Notes under the pieces: generated by a model
The model's database searches: none
The model's input: the letters and a program-made list of their open reading frames with translations, nothing else
Told to the model about the DNA's origin: nothing
Shown here: positions 1 to 9,374 of the stretch, piece by piece
How the letters are laid out: every line of letters starts with the position of its first letter
Position numbering within the stretch: the first letter of the stretch is position 1
Assembly: GCA_963721305.1 (NCBI GenBank)
Contig: CAVRIR010000003.1
Span: 600,884 to 664,883 of the forward strand
Reading direction: 5' to 3'
Source: an uncultured Acidimicrobiia bacterium
GTDB lineage: Bacteria; Actinomycetota; Acidimicrobiia; Acidimicrobiales; JACDCH01
Length of the DNA stretch: 64,000 bases
Made by a program: the position numbers and the translations under genes

Positions 1-1
1 C

Positions 2-259
2 ATCCTCGACGACAGCACGAGCGCGCTCGACGTCGCCACCGAGGGTCGGGTCCAGGACGCCATGCGGGGTCTCATGGGCGATACGACGATCTTCCTGGTG
101 GCGCAGCGCATCAGCGCCGTCCTCACCGCCGATGTCATCGTCGTGCTCGAGGAGGGACAGATCGTCGCGAAGGGTCCGCATCGAGAGCTGCTGCGCGAGA
201 GCCCGCAGTACCGATCGATCTACGAGTCACAGCTGGGCGCGGTGCCCGAGAATGTCTGA
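2..259 (+). CDS. ABC transporter ATP-binding/permease subunit, C-terminal fragment (5' end outside window)
   Basis: Frame 2 reads ILDDSTSALD (Walker B/D-loop) then IFLVAQRIS...LEEGQIVAKGPHRELL. The stop overlaps the next start (ATGTCTGA). Confidence 0.85.
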   Translation: MLDDSTSALDVATEGRVQDAMRGLMGDTTIFLVAQRISAVLTADVIVVLEEGQIVAKGPHRELLRESPQYRSIYESQLGAVPENV

Positions 260-2036
260 CGACGTCCTGAGCTCCCCGGAACCGCCTGCTCCGCCCAAGT
301 CACTCCCGCGGTTGCTGTCCTACGTCTGGCACTCGCCAGGCCGCATCGCCGCCGTCGTCGTGTTGAGCTTCTCGGGCACGTTGCTGGCGATCCTGCCCGC
401 AGTGTTCGTCGGGTCGATCATCAACGGTCCGATCACCGATGGCGACAAGTCCGCTCTCGCCGTCGACCTGGTCGTCGTGCTCGTCGTCGCGGTGGCCGGT
501 TTCGTCGCGATGTGGTTCGGTGGCCGCCTGCTGGCGGTCACCGCGCAGGACGCGATGTACCGGCTGCGGCGCGAGGTGTTCGAGCACACTCAGATCCTGT
601 CGTTGCGGTACTTCGATCGTCAGCCGATCGGCGACTTGATGAGCCGGGTGACGAACGACCTCGACTCGGTCAACCAGTTCTTCGACAAGGGTCTGTACCC
701 GGCGATCAACTCCGTGTTCACGCTGATCAGCACGACGGTGCTCATGTTCATCGTGAGCTGGCAGCTGTCGCTCGCCGTGATCCTCATCGCACCGGTGATC
801 CTCGTGATGATGAGCATCACGTCGCGTCACTCGGGCCCGGCGTTCGCGGTGCTGCAAGAGCGAACGGGTGCCTTGAACGGCGTGGCCGAGGAACTGATCA
901 CGGGCGATCGGACCATCAAGGCGTACCGCGTGGAAGAGCTGGCGATCGCCAAGCTCGAGCAACTCAGCGACGAAGCGCGCGAGGCAGGTCAGCACGCCAA
1001 CTTCGTCGCGCTGACCGCGACGCCCTTGTCGGCGATGCTGTCGAACCTCGACATCACACTTGTCGCGCTCGCGGGTGGCTGGCTCTCCATCCGTGGCACC
1101 GTCGATGTCGGAACCGTGGCGTCGTTCTTCATCTTCGCCCGCACGTTCAGCCGGCCGCTGAACCAGTTCGCGCAGATCCTCAACATGGCCCTCCAGGCAC
1201 GGGCCGGCGGTGCTCGTGTGTTCGAGATCCTCGACGAGCAGCCCGAGATCGTCGACCGCGCGGGCGCTCGTGACGTGACCGCGATCAACGGCGACGTGGT
1301 GATGGACCACGTGGACTTCTCCTACGTGCCCGGCGTCCCGATCCTTCGCGACGTCTCGCTGCGCGCAGAGCCAGGCCGCAAGATCGGTCTCGTCGGGCCG
1401 ACGGGAGCAGGCAAGAGCACCATCATCAACGTCATCACCCGCTACTACGACATCGAGCGCGGCGACATCCGCCTCGATGACACCAGCATCTATGACGTCA
1501 CCCAGGAGACGCTGCGGGAGCGTGTCGGCATGGTGTTGCAGGAGCCGTACCTGTTCTCCGAAACGGTGATGGCGAACATCCGCTACGCGCGATTGGATGC
1601 AACCGACGACGAGTGCATCGCGGCAGCGAAGGCCGCGAGCGCTGACTCGTTCGTCATGACGTTGCCGAGCGGCTACGACACAGTGCTGTCCGGTGGCGGG
1701 TCGAGTCTGAGTCAAGGCCAGCGGCAGCTCATCACCATCGCCCGCATCATCCTCGCTGACCGGCCTGTGCTCATTCTCGACGAAGCCACGTCCAGCGTGG
1801 ACACTCGCACGGAGAAGAAGCTTCAGGAAGCCCTGACGAAGATGATGCACGGACGTACGAGCTTCGTGATCGCGCATCGCCTGTCGACGATCCGCGACGC
1901 GGACGTCATCGTCGCGATCGCGGAAGGCCGCGTCGTCGACGTCGGCAGTCACGACGAGCTCATGGCGGCGAAGGGCTTCTACCACGACCTCTACATGAGC
2001 CAGTTCCGCGGCGACGCGACACCGGTGTCGGTCTAG
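252..2036 (+). CDS. ABC transporter ATP-binding/permease subunit (MsbA/MdlB-type exporter half, partner of the upstream subunit)
   Basis: ATG at 252 inside the 132..2036 ORF. Hydrophobic TM-rich N-half, then GPTGAGKST (Walker A), LSQGQRQL (signature) and LILDEATSSVD (Walker B). Confidence 0.9.
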   Translation: MSDDVLSSPEPPAPPKSLPRLLSYVWHSPGRIAAVVVLSFSGTLLAILPAVFVGSIINGPITDGDKSALAVDLVVVLVVAVAGFVAMWFGGRLLAVTAQDAMYRLRREVFEHTQILSLRYFDRQPIGDLMSRVTNDLDSVNQFFDKGLYPAINSVFTLISTTVLMFIVSWQLSLAVILIAPVILVMMSITSRHSGPAFAVLQERTGALNGVAEELITGDRTIKAYRVEELAIAKLEQLSDEAREAGQHANFVALTATPLSAMLSNLDITLVALAGGWLSIRGTVDVGTVASFFIFARTFSRPLNQFAQILNMALQARAGGARVFEILDEQPEIVDRAGARDVTAINGDVVMDHVDFSYVPGVPILRDVSLRAEPGRKIGLVGPTGAGKSTIINVITRYYDIERGDIRLDDTSIYDVTQETLRERVGMVLQEPYLFSETVMANIRYARLDATDDECIAAAKAASADSFVMTLPSGYDTVLSGGGSSLSQGQRQLITIARIILADRPVLILDEATSSVDTRTEKKLQEALTKMMHGRTSFVIAHRLSTIRDADVIVAIAEGRVVDVGSHDELMAAKGFYHDLYMSQFRGDATPVSV

Positions 2037-2041
2037 GTCCT

Positions 2042-2807
2042 TTGGACGACTTCGCTGCGGAGCTGGGAGCCTTGATCGAGCAGCAGCGCGAGCTGTCGAC
2101 GATGCTCGAGCCGCTCGATGAACGCGACTGGCACCGGCCGACGCGCTGCGACGGCTGGGACGTGGCCGATGTGGTGCTGCACCTCGCGCAGACCAACGAG
2201 ATGGCGATCGGCAGCGCGGCAGGGAAGGTTCGACGAGGCGATCGACACGCTGACGTCGGGTCTCGGCCAGGCTGACAACGTCGACGACGGTGCCGACCTC
2301 ATGGTTCGCCACCAGCGCGGTGCGCCCGTCGACGAGCTGCGGGCGCGCTGGCAGCGCAGCGCGGACACGTTGCAAGGCGTCCTTCACGACGTGGATCCGC
2401 ACGAGCGCGTCGACTGGGTCGCAGGTCAGATCTCGGTCCGGACGCTGACGTCGACGCGCCTCGCCGAGACGTGGATCCACACCGGCGATGTTGCCGGCGC
2501 CATCGGCGTCGAGCCGCAGCGGGCAGAGAGGCTCCGGTACGTTGCCCGACTCGCGTGGCGGACGCTGCCGTACGCGTTCGCCCGAGAGGGGCGCTCGCTC
2601 GGCGGGCCGGTCGCGTTCGAGCTCGTCGGACCCACAGGGAATGCGTGGCGCTTCGTTCCCGACGCCCCGGCGCGGACGACGGTCAGGGGTGACGGCGTCG
2701 AGCTCTGTCTCGTTGCTGCTCGCAGGGTGGCCCCCAGCGATACAGGCCTCGAGACGGACGGGCCGAACGGTGCTGCCGTCCTCGATCTGGTGCGCACCTA
2801 CGCCTGA
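2042..2807 (+). pseudogene. maleylpyruvate isomerase-family mycothiol-dependent (DinB-fold) enzyme, reading frame broken near 2225
   Basis: The N-terminus (TTG 2042, ...RCDGWDVADVVLHLAQTNEM...) lies in one frame. The remainder (FDEAIDTL...WIHTGDVAGAIG...) lies in the 2118..2807 frame, so a single-base shift near 2220-2230 joins them. Confidence 0.7.
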
Positions 2808-2867
2808 GCGCTCGACACTACGATCGCTCGGTCGAGCCCTCGGGAGAACCTGACTTTGGACAACGTG

Positions 2868-3329
2868 ATGCAGCGGGACGCGGCCAAGCGGGTCGTGCTT
2901 GTGGTCTCCGTGGCTGCCATTGCGTTGGTGCTCCTGGCTGTCGTCCGTTCTCCGGGTGCCAATGCCGCGCCCCGAGCGGATCTGCAGACGAGGACCACGA
3001 GAACGAGCCTCCGGCGGGCAACGTCGACCACCACGACGACGACCGCGCCGACCACGACGACCGGGGCGCCGGTCACCACTGCGGTGCCTCCCGGTGGAAC
3101 GGCGCCGAATGGCGGACCGCTGCTCGTGCCGGGCGCGAGCGACGCGCCGGCCAGCCAGGCCGGTGACGTCAAGAACAGCGACAACACGGGAACGATCGTT
3201 GCGCTCGTGATCTCGGGGCTGCTCCTGGTCGCCGTGCTGCTCGCCGTGCTGACCTATTGGTTCTGGCGCAACACTCGCCCGGAGAAGGTGCCCGCCGAAT
3301 CCCCGCCCGACAACCTTGCTGGAGCGTGA
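2868..3329 (+). CDS. membrane-anchored Thr/Pro-rich hypothetical protein
   Basis: ATG 2868 within the 2856..3329 ORF. N-terminal hydrophobic segment VVLVVSVAAIALVLLAVV, a poly-Thr/Pro tract, and a C-terminal TM IVALVISGLLLVAVLLAVLTYWFW. Confidence 0.5.
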   Translation: MQRDAAKRVVLVVSVAAIALVLLAVVRSPGANAAPRADLQTRTTRTSLRRATSTTTTTTAPTTTTGAPVTTAVPPGGTAPNGGPLLVPGASDAPASQAGDVKNSDNTGTIVALVISGLLLVAVLLAVLTYWFWRNTRPEKVPAESPPDNLAGA

Positions 3330-3334
3330 AGACG

Positions 3335-3565
3335 ATGGCTGACGAACTCGACGTCGACGCGATGATCCAACGCTTCCACGACCGCGCGGCTGCGGTGCGC
3401 AGCCGGCCGTTGCCGCCGATCGCGGGGGAGGAGCGCGCCGCGTTCATCAGGCAGGCCCAACTGGACTATCAGGACTTCGCCATCATCAGCGACGCGAAGG
3501 GCTCGCTCGACAGCGGCGTGCTGACGTTGACCATCGACCTTCGCCCCGCCGAGTCTCGCTCCTAG
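3335..3565 (+). CDS. small hypothetical protein (76 aa)
   Basis: ATG 3335 in the 3257..3565 ORF (MADELDVDAMIQRFHDRAA...). Tightly spaced between flanking same-strand genes. No recognisable domain. Confidence 0.4.
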   Translation: MADELDVDAMIQRFHDRAAAVRSRPLPPIAGEERAAFIRQAQLDYQDFAIISDAKGSLDSGVLTLTIDLRPAESRS

Positions 3566-3577
3566 CCTTCAGATCCC

Positions 3578-4177
3578 ATGGCAGACGATCGGTTGGCCCG
3601 CGCGATCGCCGCGATCGACGCGGCCAACGCCGACGATCCCGAGACGATCGTCGTGCGGGGCCAGCGGCAACCGAAGGAACTGGCACACGCGGTGCTCATG
3701 ACCGAGAGGGTGCGCCAGCTCGACCCGAACCCGACCGACGCGCAACTACTGGCGGCACGGGCGCACCATCTCCGGCGTTGGTCGATCCCTCGGTCGTCCT
3801 ATCCCGACGGGCGGGCCGGCTACCTGCGCTGGCGCACGACGCTCAACCGACAGCATGCGTCCGAAGTCGGTGGCATCTTGACTGATGTCGGCTACGACGC
3901 GTCGACGATCGACGAGGTGCAACGCATCATCCGCAAGGAGGCGCTGAAGACCGACCCCGTGGTGCAGACCCACGAGGATGCGTTGTGCCTGGTGTTCGTC
4001 GAGACGCAGCTCGGCGAGCTCGTCGATCGGCTGGGTGACGACAAGGCGGTCGATGTCGTCGCGAAGACTCTTCGCAAGATGAGTCCGAACGGAATCGACG
4101 TTGCGCTGGCGATGCCGCTCGACGCGCGGGCGCGCGCGGTCGTCGAACATGCGATGGCGACACTCGAAAAGCCGTAA
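3578..4177 (+). CDS. DUF4202 domain-containing protein
   Basis: The 199-aa ORF has the LAARAHHLRRWSIPRSSYPDGRAGYLRWR...HEDALCLVF pattern I associate with DUF4202. Confidence 0.7.
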   Translation: MADDRLARAIAAIDAANADDPETIVVRGQRQPKELAHAVLMTERVRQLDPNPTDAQLLAARAHHLRRWSIPRSSYPDGRAGYLRWRTTLNRQHASEVGGILTDVGYDASTIDEVQRIIRKEALKTDPVVQTHEDALCLVFVETQLGELVDRLGDDKAVDVVAKTLRKMSPNGIDVALAMPLDARARAVVEHAMATLEKP

Positions 4178-4210
4178 TGTTCAGCGCCGTTGCCGAGGGA
4201 GGCCTGAAGG

Positions 4211-5135
4211 ATGAGCGACCAATCCGACGACGAAACCCCGCCCCCGGCGTCGTGGCCTGCGGACCCATCGGGCTCACAGGTGCCGCCACCACCGCCGCCC
4301 CCTCCGCCGCCACCTCCAGCGCCGGGCGGTCCGGCCGCGCCTCCACCCCCGCCTCCGCCGCCTCCTCCTCCTCCTCCTCCTCCCCACCACCCCACCCCGC
4401 CGCCGCCTGAGCCAGCGGCGCCCGCGCCTCCGCCGCCTCCACCGCCTCCACCCGCGCCGGTTGCTCCGGCACCGCCTCCGCCGCCTCCACCCGCGCCGGT
4501 TGCTCCGGCACCGCCTCCGCCACCTCCGCCCGCGCCGGTTGCTCCGGCGCCGCCTCCGCCTCCGCCTCCCGCCGCCTCTGCAGGCGCCACCCGTCGCGCC
4601 TGCGCCGCCGCCTCCGCCTCCGCCTCCCCAACCGGGATACGAGCAGGCGCCACCCGTCGCGCCTCCGATGGCGCCACCGACCGTGCCTCCTCCGCCCCCT
4701 CCGCCTCTGCAGGCGCCACCCGTCGCGCCCGCACCGGTGGTGAACGATCCTCACGGCCTCGGCATCGCCCTCGGCCGCCTCGGTGGCGGTCCTCGCCGCG
4801 GTTCGAAGGCCGCGGCTGCCGCCCTCGGCGTGTTGCTCGGCGAGGGCGAGGTCGTCGAAGGACTCGTCGCCGGGCAGGTCTACGGCGCCAACGCCGTCGG
4901 TGCCCTGACCAACCAACGATTCATCGTCGTCAATGACCGTGAGTTCAAACCCGACGTCATCGAGCTACCCGTTGACGCAGATACGACCGTGCAGGGTTGG
5001 CAAGACGATCGCAACGCCGCGCTCCTGGTGCAGGGGAGCGGCGGACAGTCGGCGCAGATCGAACGCATCGCCGACCGTCCGCTGGCCATGGAGATGGCAC
5101 AACGCCTTCGAGCGAGAGCAGCCGGACAGGGCTGA
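4211..5135 (+). pseudogene. proline-rich protein with C-terminal bacterial PH-like domain; +1 frame change near 4567
   Basis: The 4211 frame gives MSDQSDDETPPPASWP followed by long poly-Pro. The 4461..5135 frame gives PPLQAPPVAP...GEGEVVEGLVAGQVYGANAVGALTNQRFIVVNDREFKPDVIELP (PH-like). The switch falls inside the CCN run cct ccc gcc gcc. Confidence 0.6.
4432..4548 (+). repeat. 3 x 39-bp tandem repeat inside the proline-rich coding region (13-aa unit PPPPPPPAPVAPA)
   Basis: cccgcgccggttgctccggc recurs at 4451, 4490 and 4529, an exact 39-nt period. Confidence 0.85.
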
Positions 5136-5177
5136 CTACGCTCTTTGGCACAAACCAGCGACCCGGGAGGGCACGCA

Positions 5178-5669
5178 GTGTCTCGCACCCCTCGCATCGT
5201 CGGGACGATCGCGATCGTCGTCGGCGTTCTTGCATTCATCGCCGGCATCGTCGTATGGGGCGTCGTTCGATACCAGCTGTCCGAGCAGCACATCACGGTG
5301 TCGGAGGATGCGCCGTTCCTCGGCGGTAAGGACGTGAAGGGCCCGTTCACCGCGTTCGCGCAGGCGGCGGCGATCAACAAGCACGCGACCAAGGCGGGCG
5401 GCGGCAAGACGTACGCGGAGTTGCCCCAGGACGATCCCAATCGCAGCACGGTGATGACCGCGGACTTCCTGCAGGCTTCTCTCTACACGTCCGTGGTCGC
5501 GTTCGGTGTCGCCTTCCTCGTCTCCGTGCTCGGCGTGTTCTTCTTCTTGATCGGAGTCACGTTGCACGAGCTCGATCGACGAACGAAGCGGCTCGTGGAG
5601 ACCGGCGCCACCGAAGAGGCGACGGAGACAGCGCCGGCCGACGCGACGATGCCGGCGCCGGCCACGTAG
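5178..5669 (+). CDS. two-TM membrane protein, hypothetical
   Basis: GTG 5178 preceded by gggaggg. TM segments IVGTIAIVVGVLAFIAGIVVWGVV and VVAFGVAFLVSVLGVFFFLIGV. The ORF track starts at TTG 5145. Confidence 0.55.
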   Translation: MSRTPRIVGTIAIVVGVLAFIAGIVVWGVVRYQLSEQHITVSEDAPFLGGKDVKGPFTAFAQAAAINKHATKAGGGKTYAELPQDDPNRSTVMTADFLQASLYTSVVAFGVAFLVSVLGVFFFLIGVTLHELDRRTKRLVETGATEEATETAPADATMPAPAT

Positions 5670-5675
5670 ACGCGG

Positions 5676-5704
5676 CGAAGGCCCGCTGCAAGAGCGGGCC
5701 TTCG
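5676..5704. terminator. perfect 12-bp stem / 5-nt loop hairpin between convergent membrane-protein gene and tRNA-Gly
   Basis: cgaaggcccgct-gcaag-agcgggccttcg; every stem position pairs. Confidence 0.7.
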
Positions 5705-5707
5705 GCG

Positions 5708-5780
5708 AGCGGTAGACCGGGCTCGAACCGGCGACCTCGACCTTGGCAAGGTCGCGCTCTACCAACTGAGCTACTACCGC
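5708..5780 (-). tRNA. tRNA-Gly (anticodon GCC)
   Basis: The reverse complement folds as GCGGTAG-TA-GCTC-AGTTGGTA-GAGC-G-CGACC-TTGCCAA-GGTCG-AGGTC-GCCGG-TTCGAGC-CCGGT-CTACCGC-T. 73 nt, no encoded CCA. Confidence 0.9.
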
Positions 5781-5851
5781 AAGGCCGCCGAGCATACCGC
5801 GCCCGGTGAAGGTCCTCCGATCGCTTCGAGCCGACGCTTACGCTGCCGCCC

Positions 5852-6490
5852 GTGACCGCGAGCGCCTGGGCGTTGGTCGTGATCGCCGCCGCTTTCGCGG
5901 TGGGCGACTGGGTCGCCGTGGCCACGGCCAACAGGCAGCTCGAATACGTGTGCAAGCCCGCCGCGATCTTCTTTCTGTTTGCGCTCGCCGCCGCGCTCGA
6001 TGTGGGCGACCCCTCGGTGCAGCACTGGTTCATGCTGGCGCTCTTGCTGTCGCTGGTTGGCGACGTCTTCTTGATGTTGGCTCGTGACCTGTTCCTGCCC
6101 GGACTGGTCGCGTTCCTGCTTGCTCACGTCGCCTACATCGTCGGCATGTGGGTCGACGGCGTCGGCACGCTCGCTTTCGTGCTCGGTCTCGCGGCCGCAG
6201 TGCTCGCCGCGGTGATCGTCGGCGCCCGAATCGTGAGCGCGATCAACAATGGCGAACACGCCGCGATGGCGAGACCTGTCATGGCGTACATGGCGATCAT
6301 CTCGCTCATGCTCGCGAGCGCGTTCGGCACCGGCGAAGGTTTCGCCATCGCCGGTGCCGCGCTGTTCTATGTATCGGACGCGCTCATCGCCTGGGAGCGA
6401 TTCGTACGTCCACAGCCGTGGCACCCTCTTGCCATCATCGTCACGTACCACGTCGCGCAAACAGCATTGACCTTGTCGCTGATCACGTGA
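5852..6490 (+). CDS. lysoplasmalogenase family (YhhN) membrane protein
   Basis: Polytopic 212-aa ORF with LLLSLVGDVFLM and LFYVSDALIAW motifs typical of YhhN. Confidence 0.8.
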   Translation: MTASAWALVVIAAAFAVGDWVAVATANRQLEYVCKPAAIFFLFALAAALDVGDPSVQHWFMLALLLSLVGDVFLMLARDLFLPGLVAFLLAHVAYIVGMWVDGVGTLAFVLGLAAAVLAAVIVGARIVSAINNGEHAAMARPVMAYMAIISLMLASAFGTGEGFAIAGAALFYVSDALIAWERFVRPQPWHPLAIIVTYHVAQTALTLSLIT

Positions 6491-6512
6491 GCCTCAGCGA
6501 CATCGCGCGTCG

Positions 6513-6665
6513 TCAGACGGTGCGATTGCGTCCGAAGATGCTGTAGCCGCCAGGGCCGACCAGACATGCGGCGATGAAGAGGATGATGGCCAGGATGATC
6601 TGACCTTGGAGCAGTTGGACCACGCCGATCACGGCGAGGATCACAGCGAGTATCCAGAGCAGCAT
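6513..6665 (-). CDS. GPGG-motif small membrane protein (50 aa), absent from the ORF track
   Basis: Hand translation gives MLLWILAVILAVIGVVQLLQGQIILAIILFIAACLVGPGGYSIFGRNRTV. An aggagg sits 6 nt upstream of the ATG. Confidence 0.6.
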   Translation of the reverse strand: MLLWILAVILAVIGVVQLLQGQIILAIILFIAACLVGPGGYSIFGRNRTV

Positions 6666-6766
6666 TACAGCCTCCTGATGATTGGTAGCTCGTCAGCAGC
6701 GAAGGAGTACCCGAGACCTCGCGCGGTCAGACCGTTCGAACTGTTCATGCGAGCTACCGTGCCGGT

Positions 6767-7198
6767 ATGGAAGGACCGATCGTGGTTGGCACTGATGGGT
6801 CGGAGTCCGCGGCAGTCGCTGTCTCCGAGGCGATCCAGCTCGCGAAAGCCTTCGACCTGACGCTGCACGTGCTGTGTGCGTTCCATCCGCAAGCTATGGA
6901 CACGCGTGGTCTGCCGTCGGAGTTCGCGGCCTCGCTACGCCCGGACAGCAGAGTCCAAGCGGTCCTCGACGACGTGGTGTCGCGCGCTCGTCAGGCAGGC
7001 GTCACCGTCGAGCAATACGCGGTGACCGGCGACCCTGCGGGCGCCATCCTTGATCTCGCAGAGTCGGTGGACGCCGGCCTCATCGTGGTCGGCAACAAGG
7101 GCATCAGCTCGGTGCGGCGATACGTGCTCGGCAATGTGCCGAGCAAGGTCGTGCACCACGCAACGTGCTCGACGCTGGTCGTGAACACGGCCGTGTGA
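6767..7198 (+). CDS. universal stress protein (UspA family)
   Basis: IVVGTDGSESA...GLIVVGNKGISSVRRYVLGNVPSKVVHHATCSTLVV. Confidence 0.85.
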   Translation: MEGPIVVGTDGSESAAVAVSEAIQLAKAFDLTLHVLCAFHPQAMDTRGLPSEFAASLRPDSRVQAVLDDVVSRARQAGVTVEQYAVTGDPAGAILDLAESVDAGLIVVGNKGISSVRRYVLGNVPSKVVHHATCSTLVVNTAV

Positions 7199-7401
7199 AC
7201 GCCTTCCCGAAAACGACGATGGCCCGGGGGCATCGTTGACCCGGGGCCCTCGTTGATCCGACACCGATCCCCGCGGAATCGGCGACCCTTTTGTCCATCG
7301 GCGCAATTCGTCGCACGTCGAGGACGTATGCGTGCCAGGACGAGGCGGTTCGAGAGCGTTTGACCGATTTTGCTCCCCCCGAAGCCGCGTAATGTCGGCC
7401 G

Positions 7402-8643
7402 ATGCCGATCTCGCTGCGGACGACGGTTGCCGCCGGGCTCGGGCGCGCCGTGGCGGCAACATCGCGCGCCACTCGCCGTGGCGACGGCTCGGTCATCGGC
7501 GCCCGGGTCACGCTCGTGCTGGCGCCGCACGCGCTCGACGAGCTGGCCGCAGGGCGGCGGATCGCGACGGTGTCGGGAACCAACGGCAAGTCGACGACGA
7601 CGGCGTTCCTCGCCGCCGCGTGTACCGCTGGTGGACACACCGTCGCGTCCAACGTCGAAGGCGCGAACCTGCAGTCCGGAGTCGTGGCGCTGCTCACGAG
7701 CCATCGCGCTGACGACGCCGACCTCGCAGTGCTCGAGATCGACGAGCTCGCGTTGCCGGCACTCCTGTCGAGCTTCGATCGTCCCACCGTGGTTTTGCTG
7801 AACCTGTCGCGTGATCAACTCGATCGCTTCGGTGAAGTGCGCACGGTCGCGGCCGAGTGGCGGCATGCATTCGCCACGCGGGCGTCGACCGTCGTCGCGA
7901 ACGCTGATGATCCGTTGGTGGTGTGGGGCGCGTCCTCGGCTGGCGACATCACGTTCGTCGGCGTCGGACTCGGATGGAAGCTCGATGCCGTGTCGTGCCC
8001 GAGCTGCGGCGAACGCATCGAGTCCACCGCGAATGACTGGTGGTGCAGCGGGTGTGCGTTGCGCCGGCCATCCGGATACGAGCTCGTCGGTGACGAGCTG
8101 CGCGACCCGTCGGGAAACGTCGTGACCGCGCTGCGTCCAGGTGTGCCCGGTCGCCACAACTTGGCGAACGCCGCGCTGGCGGTCGTGGCGGCAATGCGTC
8201 TCGGCGTCGATCCTCAGACGGCATCGCGTGCCACCGAGTCGATCACCTCGGTCGCGGGGCGATACCAGACCGTCCCCATCGGTGGCTCGCAGGTTCGCTT
8301 GTTGTTGGCGAAGAATCCGGCCGGCTGGCACGAGCTGCTGGCGATGATCGACGGTGAAACCCGTTCGTTGCTGCTTGCGATCAACGCACGCATCGCTGAC
8401 GGGCGCGATCCGTCCTGGCTGTGGGACGTCGAGTTCGAGCGGCTGCGCGGCCGCAAGGTCGTCGCCGCCGGTGACCGCGCTGCCGATCTCGCGGTGCGAC
8501 TGCACTACGCCGAAGTCGACTGCGAGGTGTGGGACGGCGACGTGCTCGATCGACTGCGCACGTGGGACGAGCCGGAGATCGACGTCCTCGCGAACTACAC
8601 CGTGTTCGCGGATCTCACTCGCGCGCTGAGATGGTCGACGTGA
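7402..8643 (+). CDS. murT: lipid II isoglutaminyl synthase subunit MurT (Mur ligase family)
   Basis: VSGTNGKSTT P-loop, Cys4 ribbon CPSCGERIESTANDWWCSGC, DUF1727-like C-terminus, and translational coupling to gatD. Confidence 0.85.
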   Translation: MPISLRTTVAAGLGRAVAATSRATRRGDGSVIGARVTLVLAPHALDELAAGRRIATVSGTNGKSTTTAFLAAACTAGGHTVASNVEGANLQSGVVALLTSHRADDADLAVLEIDELALPALLSSFDRPTVVLLNLSRDQLDRFGEVRTVAAEWRHAFATRASTVVANADDPLVVWGASSAGDITFVGVGLGWKLDAVSCPSCGERIESTANDWWCSGCALRRPSGYELVGDELRDPSGNVVTALRPGVPGRHNLANAALAVVAAMRLGVDPQTASRATESITSVAGRYQTVPIGGSQVRLLLAKNPAGWHELLAMIDGETRSLLLAINARIADGRDPSWLWDVEFERLRGRKVVAAGDRAADLAVRLHYAEVDCEVWDGDVLDRLRTWDEPEIDVLANYTVFADLTRALRWST

Positions 8644-9374
8644 CGGCGCGCGACAGCGCGGTGCGCGTTGCGTTGCTGTTCCCGGAGCTGCTGGGCACCT
8701 ATGGTGACGGCGGCAACGCGGTCGTGCTCGCGCAGCGGTTGCATTGGCGAGGGATCGATGCGGATGTCGTGCGCGTTGCCGTGACCGATCCGGTGCCGAC
8801 GTCGTGTGACATCTACGTGCTCGGTGGCGGTGAGGACGCGCCGCAGACGTTCGCCACCGAGCAACTCGCGGCGCATGGTTTCGGCGACGCCGTCGCGGCC
8901 GGCGCGGTCGTGTTCGCCGTGTGCGCCGGCTTCCAGATCCTCGGCCACTCGTTCACGGGCGCCGACGGCGCGCAGCAGCCTGGCCTCGGTGTGCTCGATT
9001 GCGTCACCCGTCCCAAGGGCAGCCGCCAGATCGGTGAGCTCGTCGTGCGGCCGACGGCGCTGGACCTACCGATGCTCACGGGGTTCGAGAACCACGGTGG
9101 CATCACCGAGCTGGGTCCTGCCGCGAAAGCGCTCGGCGCCGTCGTCGTCGGTTCGGGCAACGGCACGGGCGGTGTCGAAGGTGTGCTCACCGGCAAGGTG
9201 ATGGGAACGTACCTGCACGGCCCCGCGCTCGCGCGCAACCCGGCGCTGGCCGATCTGTTGCTGTCGTGGGTCGTGGGCGCGCTCGAGCCGCTCGACGATC
9301 AGATCGTCGAGCGACTGCGCACGCAGCGTCTGTCGGAAGCGCTCAGCTCCCGGCGGGCGGGACGATCGACTTGA
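8631..9374 (+). CDS. gatD: lipid II isoglutaminyl synthase glutaminase subunit GatD (CobQ-type amidotransferase)
   Basis: ATG 8631 overlaps the murT stop. LFPELLGTYGDGGNA, AVCAGFQILG (nucleophile Cys) and TYLHGPALARNP. Confidence 0.85.
   Translation: MVDVTARDSAVRVALLFPELLGTYGDGGNAVVLAQRLHWRGIDADVVRVAVTDPVPTSCDIYVLGGGEDAPQTFATEQLAAHGFGDAVAAGAVVFAVCAGFQILGHSFTGADGAQQPGLGVLDCVTRPKGSRQIGELVVRPTALDLPMLTGFENHGGITELGPAAKALGAVVVGSGNGTGGVEGVLTGKVMGTYLHGPALARNPALADLLLSWVVGALEPLDDQIVERLRTQRLSEALSSRRAGRST

Noticed and set aside
300-2480. 726-aa ORF on the minus strand opposite the ABC transporter gene
   Set aside because: Arg/Asp/His-rich low-complexity translation with no motifs. It lies fully antisense to a gene with clear Walker/signature motifs, which is the typical shadow ORF of GC-rich DNA.
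3892-4916. Gly-rich and Arg-rich minus-strand ORFs (280 and 329 aa)
   Set aside because: They are the complement of the poly-proline (CCN) tract, so the poly-Gly/Arg runs are a mirror artefact.
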